Virus record (IMG/VR): IMGVR_UViG_3300009164_002363 | Coordinates: 1-60,899 of that record | Source of the DNA: a virus | Lineage: Duplodnaviria > Caudoviricetes | Strand: one strand, 5' to 3' | DNA: 60,899 nucleotides | Part shown: positions 55,901-60,899 of the stretch, piece by piece | Layout: every line of letters starts with the position of its first letter | How positions within the stretch are numbered: position 1 is the first letter of the stretch | Notes under the pieces: model-generated | Told to the model about the DNA's origin: nothing | Database searches by the model: none | Seen by the model: the letters and a program-made list of their open reading frames with translations, nothing else | Program-made: the position numbers and the translations under genes

Positions 55901-57427
55901 AAAGCGTCTACCAGTGTAATTGAAACATATTCAACTACTATATCATCATCTAGTAAAAAAATGGCAGGTGATATTGCTGGCGCATTACCTGGCGCTACAA
56001 CTAAAACACCGGCAGCACCGGCAACCACTCCTGCGCCAATGAGTATGGCATCAATGTCTGTAGGTATGGATAGAGCCATGCTTAAAACAGACGATCAAAA
56101 GAAAGTATTTGATGAGATAATGACTCTCAACGACACAGCTTCAAAGGCAAAAAAATTATCGTTGCAAGAAGAAATGATGGCAGCAACTGCAACAAATAGA
56201 GCCACATCTGAAGCTATTGATCTAATGGAAGAAAAATTAGATGCTGAGGGTAAAGGGTTTAAAGACCTTACAGGCAAACAAAAAGAAGAATACGAAGCTC
56301 TTAGAAAACAACAAAATGAATCTTTTAATGCATCTGACAAAGCAAGAGAAGCAATCAAAGCTGTTGACCGTGCAGAACAAGCTAAACAAAACTTGCAAAA
56401 AATGGGCTACGATGTAGTAGTCAAACAAGAAGAAGATAAAACAAAGATTATTGAAGCTTCTAGTGAAAAGATTAAATCAGATATAGCTGATGCACTGCCT
56501 GTAAAAGAAGTAGCGGCACAACAACAAGAATTTAAATCACAGTTTACAGAGAGCCAACAAAAGATTATTGATGACTATAAAGGCTACAGCGAAGAAAATC
56601 GTTCCTTCCATGCACAAGCAATGGAATCGGGTATTAAAGAAGATACTAAAACTGCAGAGAAAATTGGCAATCGAATTGCCAAAATGAAGGCAGATATTGG
56701 TGATAGACAAGCTACTAAAGAAGAAGAAGCTGCACTTGAAAATGAAACATTGAATAAAGCAATGTTTGAAAAGCAAGTAGAAAAGAAAAAAGAAATGCTA
56801 GATGTTATGCAAAATCTAGGCGAATACAGTGCTAAACGTGAATTAGAACTTAAACAAAAAGCAGCAGACGAAGCAAAAACAGTAGCAATTGAAGATAAAA
56901 AAACTGATGCAATTACTGCAGAACTACCAGTTAATGGTGTAGCAATGGGTCCTCAACCCGAAGTAAGTGACCAAGAGGCAAAACAGAAAGTAGCAGACGA
57001 AGCTAAATCAGAATTAGCAAGAGAAAGTCGAAGAAGCACCCCACAGGATGCACCAAAAAGCAAAGCTATGAGCATATCAGATATGATGTCTGGCGGCATG
57101 ACCATGGGCGCAAATGGTATGCCAATTATGAAGAAAATTGATACTGCTAAAAATAGTATACCAGCTAAACCTGCAGATGCAGATGCAGATAGAGAAAATG
57201 CAAAATTCAAAAGACAAGCAGAAGAGAAAAAAGCAGAAGCTGCTAAAATAGCTGAGAAAAAGCCCGATGCCAAAGCAGCAACTAAAGAATCTACTCTCTC
57301 TGACGTGGTATCGGCGCTGAATACGTTAAATAAACAGATGGGCCAACTAATAGCAGTTAGTGAAGAAGGCCACAAATCTACAACCAAAGCTGCGAAGAGT
57401 GGTGCTAGTAACATATACGCGAGATAA
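52913..57427 (+). CDS. tape measure-like protein (1504 aa)
   Basis: Long Ala/Lys/Glu/Gly-rich helical ORF next to the chaperone; GTMVELHGMESVM motif. Confidence 0.75.
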   Translation: MSMSKQELVDALKEASRAGYFGGMGGGGGGSGGGGGSGGGGGSSGAGQFGKELGAAGDAVKGLGNAALGVGSKIAEGGAKLGDVTQALSAGFSGLGASGSVLGASLDKGAKALNSLGQNIDQNIDTWRKLSDTGLSFGNDIMAMKDQASAARMSIAEMSEVMQKNNSSMLGFGATSAEGAKKFSKMADTFFTSGLGEQLRGMGYTTKELNDVLAVSISGSKLKDLKDKDGQDRSLKAAASLATEMDAVAKITGQSKQEQLDELRRKATDGQRMAAIDEAIAKGGVGAKEAFDAISANGKLMGPQFQKLAEDMASMGRPSEGMEAAYGLLSSDAKKLMSEAGEAARSGDRERAAMLTKQAAAEQAAFQNTSQYRTMAAQAGIKETQESYAQGAKFRNALADAGGNIKNVEASMKKLDDQVKSEQQAGGKDDPNATAGAGITRFAVDLESRGRDLTKVLNDQVIQPLAKDIAPSIVKMSKDLKLGSSTVVQTEIGDPMKKGYDKSRIDRTVKEEADKSGGAMSDKSPLHKDLVEFNKLINGNQKQSDTTLKVLEKMAADQSKATGKTVTAEDVAKNATNTPGAMADIVKQIKAALPADAQLDKTEAEKTKKDKITHVSGDKAKPAGESLGAMVEFAGGLFRGTPGKVEIVNGGAAAPVPKRESGSLDKAGKMFEDWGKGTMVELHGMESVMRPQDVSKVIESAMAGVRKTMPKVDMAGAGAKLEMPKLEMPKLEMPKLEMPKLEMPKLEMPKLDTAMGKDKEFAALAAEISKMGKADMSKLDLSSMTKSISTSISSVSGGGSTTTKQVQNDSSKAAEKELASVREQMQAEKMALREKLKAQIGDGSKLGGNAVAKEMRVGEEGKGIAEKYKAIMEPLQKQIDAGISWETTKKAAAIEETTKMVSEQVSITKTSNSTLADMYKDDSKSKLDLAKKTNADAFKEAELAKSVIGTSVKGMSDNMIESMIPKGAKIEDYYIDMNDKIQSNSADFVANMEKNAKASTSVIETYSTTISSSSKKMAGDIAGALPGATTKTPAAPATTPAPMSMASMSVGMDRAMLKTDDQKKVFDEIMTLNDTASKAKKLSLQEEMMAATATNRATSEAIDLMEEKLDAEGKGFKDLTGKQKEEYEALRKQQNESFNASDKAREAIKAVDRAEQAKQNLQKMGYDVVVKQEEDKTKIIEASSEKIKSDIADALPVKEVAAQQQEFKSQFTESQQKIIDDYKGYSEENRSFHAQAMESGIKEDTKTAEKIGNRIAKMKADIGDRQATKEEEAALENETLNKAMFEKQVEKKKEMLDVMQNLGEYSAKRELELKQKAADEAKTVAIEDKKTDAITAELPVNGVAMGPQPEVSDQEAKQKVADEAKSELARESRRSTPQDAPKSKAMSISDMMSGGMTMGANGMPIMKKIDTAKNSIPAKPADADADRENAKFKRQAEEKKAEAAKIAEKKPDAKAATKESTLSDVVSALNTLNKQMGQLIAVSEEGHKSTTKAAKSGASNIYAR
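55068..55157 (+). repeat. perfect 15-bp tandem repeat x6 (CCAAGTTAGAAATGC; KLEMP)
   Basis: Six identical copies read directly, plus degenerate flanking copies. Confidence 0.95.
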
Positions 57428-57432
57428 CAAAC

Positions 57433-59160
57433 ATGTCATGGAAGAAATACTTTACCCCAGCATCAGTAAATTCTGAATCTGGAAACTATAGTCCAATTGG
57501 AAACGGTTCGTCTCGCCCAGGCCCGGCTCAAGCAAACTACTCTAGTTTCTTGCCAGATGTGTATACCGGCGCCCCAAATCGTATTGATCGTTATTTGCAA
57601 TATGATACAATGGACATGGACAACGAAGTTAACGCAGCATTAGATATTCTAGCAGAATTCTGTAGTCAAAAGAACAGAGAAAATCAAACTCCATTTAGTT
57701 TATTCTATAGAAATAAAGCAACTAACAGCGAAATAGCTATCCTTCGCGAGTACTTACAACAGTGGTGTAAACTACAAAAATTTGAAACTAGAATCTTCCG
57801 TATCGTGCGTAACGTGTTCAAATATGGTGATGCGTTCTTTGTTCGTGATCCAGAAAACAAAAAATGGACCTACATTGATACCGGTAAGATTACTAAGATT
57901 ATTGTTAACGAAAGTGACGGCAAAGCGCCGGAGCAGTATGTTATTCGTGACTTAAATCCTAATTTCCAGCATTTGGTTGTTACACAGATCAATCCTAATT
58001 CTAACAACACTAACAATCGCGGAACATCGTTTGTTGCAGGCGGAGCAGCCGCTCGAGGCCAGCCAGGAGCATTTCCAACTTCGGCTGGCACACGCTTTAG
58101 TAACAGTCAAAATGAAGTTGCAGTGGATGCAAAACATGTTATACATTTAAGTTTATCAGAAGGCCTTGACAACAACTATCCGTTTGGTAACAGTTTGTTA
58201 GAAAGCATTTTTAAAGTTTATAAACAGAAAGAATTGCTCGAAGATGCTATCATTATCTATCGTATACAACGTGCTCCGGAACGTAGAATCTTCTATATTG
58301 ACGTGGGTAACATGCCAAGTCACTTGGCTATGAGCTTCGTTGAGCGTGTTAAAAACGAAATTCATCAACGTCGTATTCCTAGTGCTACAGGTGGCGGAAA
58401 TAATGTTGTTGACAGTGCTTATAATCCGTTAAGTATCAACGAAGACTACTTTTTCCCGCAGACGGCAGAAGGTCGCGGAAGTAAAGTTGAAACACTTCCA
58501 GGCGGTACAAATCTTGGTGAGATTGATGACTTAAAGTATTTTACTAACAAGTTATTCCGTGGATTGCGTATTCCAAGTAGCTATTTGCCAACTGGTGCAG
58601 ACGACAGTCAAGCACAATATAATGACGGTCGCGTTGGTACTGCATACATTCAAGAACTACGTTTTAACAACTATTGCCAACGCTTGCAAAGCCTAATGCA
58701 GGACATTTTTGATCAAGAATTTAAACTATATCTAAACGATCGCGGAGTTAATATTGACAGCAGTTTGTTTGAAGTGCAGTTCCAAGCACCACAGAACTTT
58801 GCCACGTACCGTCAAGCAGAGCTAGATGGACAGCGTGTGCCGCAGTTCCAAACTATGAGTCAGATTCCGTTTATGAGCAAGCGATTTGCTATGAAACGCT
58901 TCTTAGGTATGAGTGATGAAGAGATGGCAGAAAATGAACGCATGTGGGCCGAAGAGAATGGTAAGGGCAAGGCTATTCCTACTGACAGCTCAGGCGAACT
59001 ACGTGGAGCAGGTATTAGTTCAGCAGGTATTGAAAGCGATCTAAGTGACTTGTCTGATGATACTGCTCCTCCTGAAGTTGGGGGAGCTGATATGGCAGGT
59101 GGTGCAATACCTGCTGCAGGTGGAACTCCAGCACCAGTTGCAACTCCGCCGGCAGCATAA
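57433..59160 (+). CDS. gp20: portal vertex protein
   Basis: LLEDAIIIYRIQRAPERRIFYIDVGNMP, EDYFFP, ETLPGGTNLGEIDDLKYF. Confidence 0.95.
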   Translation: MSWKKYFTPASVNSESGNYSPIGNGSSRPGPAQANYSSFLPDVYTGAPNRIDRYLQYDTMDMDNEVNAALDILAEFCSQKNRENQTPFSLFYRNKATNSEIAILREYLQQWCKLQKFETRIFRIVRNVFKYGDAFFVRDPENKKWTYIDTGKITKIIVNESDGKAPEQYVIRDLNPNFQHLVVTQINPNSNNTNNRGTSFVAGGAAARGQPGAFPTSAGTRFSNSQNEVAVDAKHVIHLSLSEGLDNNYPFGNSLLESIFKVYKQKELLEDAIIIYRIQRAPERRIFYIDVGNMPSHLAMSFVERVKNEIHQRRIPSATGGGNNVVDSAYNPLSINEDYFFPQTAEGRGSKVETLPGGTNLGEIDDLKYFTNKLFRGLRIPSSYLPTGADDSQAQYNDGRVGTAYIQELRFNNYCQRLQSLMQDIFDQEFKLYLNDRGVNIDSSLFEVQFQAPQNFATYRQAELDGQRVPQFQTMSQIPFMSKRFAMKRFLGMSDEEMAENERMWAEENGKGKAIPTDSSGELRGAGISSAGIESDLSDLSDDTAPPEVGGADMAGGAIPAAGGTPAPVATPPAA

Positions 59161-59168
59161 ATACTAGT

Positions 59169-59408
59169 ATGATACTTAGAGAATTGTTTTATGCTGATAA
59201 AGATATGCAGGCCATTTCAAATGACCTGCAATATTCTGCTAGCCACGACGATAGTCCGTTAACACGAAAAGATACTCGCAAGACTAGACTGACTCTAAGA
59301 CAAATTAATGAGCTTAGAAAAGCATCAGAGAGCCACATCTTAGAACAAGAAAAAGATTTAGAATTAGTACATCAAATGTACACGACACCGGCAGCACCTG
59401 CCGCGTAA
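59169..59408 (+). CDS. small head-associated hypothetical protein
   Basis: CATAAATA at 59156-59163; lies between the portal and scaffold genes. Confidence 0.7.
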   Translation: MILRELFYADKDMQAISNDLQYSASHDDSPLTRKDTRKTRLTLRQINELRKASESHILEQEKDLELVHQMYTTPAAPAA

Positions 59409-59524
59409 TAAATAACTTATCGGGCATTTTATTAAAAATGCCTTAAAAAACCACCATTATAACGTTTATATTACATTTAAGTGTAAATATATCGACAGCC
59501 TTACAATCTAATTAGGAGACAAAC

Positions 59525-60382
59525 ATGACTGATCGTTCAAAGTTCGAACAGATGCTAGAGCATCTTGTTAATGAAGAAACTGACAAAGCCAAAGAGCTTT
59601 TCCACCAACTAGTAGTTGAAAAATCTCGCGAAATCTATGAAACTATTTTAGCAGAAGACTTCACAACCGAAGAAGAAGCTGAAGAAGATGAAGAAGATCT
59701 TGACGAAGCTAAAGACGAAGATGAAGAAATGGACGAGAGTTTTGGCTTTGCCGAAGCTGGCGACGAAATGGACAGCGATGAAGGCGACATTGGCGGTGAC
59801 GCTAGTGACGACTTTGTAAGCGACATTGATGCTGGCGGTGACGAAGGTGATGAAGAAGGCATGGGCGGCGAAGGCGATATTGAAGATCGCGTAGTTGACC
59901 TAGAAGATGCACTTGACGACCTACGTGCAGAGTTTGAAGCACTAATGGGCGACGAAGCTGGTGAAGGACACGACGACATGGGCGGTGACGACATGGGCGG
60001 AATGGACGACATGGGCGGTGAAGAAGAAGAATTAGAAGACAGCTTTATGCGTGAATACGTAGAGAAAGTTGGCAATCCAAAGCATGGTGACAACGGTGCA
60101 AACACCAAGTCAGTTATGGCAAAAGCAAACAATATGGGCGGTACAACTGCTAATATCGTAAAAGGTGGAGAAAGCACAACAGGCGGCACAAAAGGCGGTT
60201 TGTTAAATCCATCTACTAAAGAAGAAAACTTTGGTAACGTTAATGTCCCAGGCGGTAACGCAGGTAAGACAGCGTTTAAAAAGAAAGAACCAGGACACGG
60301 CGCTGAGAAAAAAGCATCTGGCGACAATGGCGACAGAAGTGCTGATAGCCCGTTAAATGGCGCTCCTAAAAGAGCAAAATAA
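59525..60382 (+). CDS. acidic prohead core / scaffold-like protein
   Basis: Very Asp/Glu-rich; coiled coil EDRVVDLEDALDDLRAEFEALM; upstream of the protease; AGGAG RBS. Confidence 0.65.
   Translation: MTDRSKFEQMLEHLVNEETDKAKELFHQLVVEKSREIYETILAEDFTTEEEAEEDEEDLDEAKDEDEEMDESFGFAEAGDEMDSDEGDIGGDASDDFVSDIDAGGDEGDEEGMGGEGDIEDRVVDLEDALDDLRAEFEALMGDEAGEGHDDMGGDDMGGMDDMGGEEEELEDSFMREYVEKVGNPKHGDNGANTKSVMAKANNMGGTTANIVKGGESTTGGTKGGLLNPSTKEENFGNVNVPGGNAGKTAFKKKEPGHGAEKKASGDNGDRSADSPLNGAPKRAK
59972..60019 (+). repeat. GACGACATGGGCGG x3 (DDMGG)
   Basis: Copies at 59972, 59987 and 60005. Confidence 0.85.
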
Positions 60383-60392
60383 GTAGATAACG

Positions 60393-60899
60393 ATGAACTA
60401 TCTTCGAGAAAACCTGAGTTTCGACCAAGCGAGAGTGGTCGTTGAATCCGATGGCGAGAATGGAAAGAACCTTTATATGAAAGGTATTTTCATTCAAGGC
60501 GACAAGAGGAATCAGAATCAGCGTGTTTATCCTGGAAGAGAGATTGCCAGGGCTGTCAAAACCCTGAACGATCAAATTGCAGGTGGGTACTCAGTACTTG
60601 GCGAAGTAGATCATCCAGATGACTTAAGAATCAACCTTGACCGTGTGAGCCATATGATCACAGAAATGTGGATGGATGGCGCAGACGGTTATGGAAAATT
60701 AAAAATCCTTCCAACACCCATGGGACAACTAGTGAAAACTATGTTAGAAGCTGGTGTGAAGTTAGGAGTATCAAGCCGCGGATCCGGGAATGTCAGCGAT
60801 GGCAGTTCCGGTGAAGTATCAGATTTTGAGATTATCACAGTTGATGTGGTAGCTCAACCTAGTGCCCCTGGCGCATACCCTACACCAATTTATGAACAC
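60393..60899 (+). CDS. gp21: prohead protease (3' end outside window)
   Basis: LYMKGIFIQG..NQNQRVYP, LGEVDHP, DRVSH, PTPMG, LGVSSRGSG, DVVAQPSAPGAYP. Confidence 0.95.
   Translation, partial: MNYLRENLSFDQARVVVESDGENGKNLYMKGIFIQGDKRNQNQRVYPGREIARAVKTLNDQIAGGYSVLGEVDHPDDLRINLDRVSHMITEMWMDGADGYGKLKILPTPMGQLVKTMLEAGVKLGVSSRGSGNVSDGSSGEVSDFEIITVDVVAQPSAPGAYPTPIYEH

Noticed and set aside
53350-57414. Several 60-190-aa minus-strand ORFs inside the tape measure gene
   Set aside because: Antisense shadows caused by biased codon use; no independent signals.
59635-60327. 230-aa minus-strand ORF
   Set aside because: Ser/Pro-rich antisense shadow of the acidic scaffold's GAA/GAC/GGC codons; no RBS.
1-60899. 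Stop-codon reassignment, DGR, retron, inteins, integrase or transposase
   Set aside because: Genes are full length in the standard code and end in TAA, TAG and TGA; no reverse transcriptase, recombinase or obvious intein motifs seen, and core enzymes have normal sizes.

Overview
A densely packed ~61 kb segment of a large lytic T4-like (myovirus-type) bacteriophage genome in the standard genetic code. Left arm (+, 1-12032): early/metabolic genes, namely folE (partial), a flavin-dependent tryptophan-halogenase-like gene, queE, T4-type RNase H, a MoxR ATPase with a VWA/HExxH partner, a methyltransferase-like gene and thyX. Middle (-, 12007-45943): a glycosyltransferase-like cluster, tail fibre genes, a 4470-aa giant structural protein and baseplate genes (gp6, gp25, gp5-like, gp53-like, gp48/54-like). 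Right arm: gp55 late sigma factor, gp47/gp46, a stand-alone GIY-YIG nuclease followed by a 471-nt hairpin-dense non-coding region, a gp26-like gene, tape measure, portal gp20, a scaffold-like protein and prohead protease gp21 (partial). The most notable signals are (1) the candidate large structured RNA directly downstream of the minimal GIY-YIG nuclease; (2) a likely -1 programmed frameshift (A AAU UUU UUC) joining the gp26-like ORF to a start-less downstream ORF, resembling tail-chaperone G/GT systems; (3) overlapping promoter/hairpin switches at 6131, 8055 and 45964; and (4) a non-canonical CX3CX38C QueE. All assignments come from motif reading only; no searches or folding computations were run.
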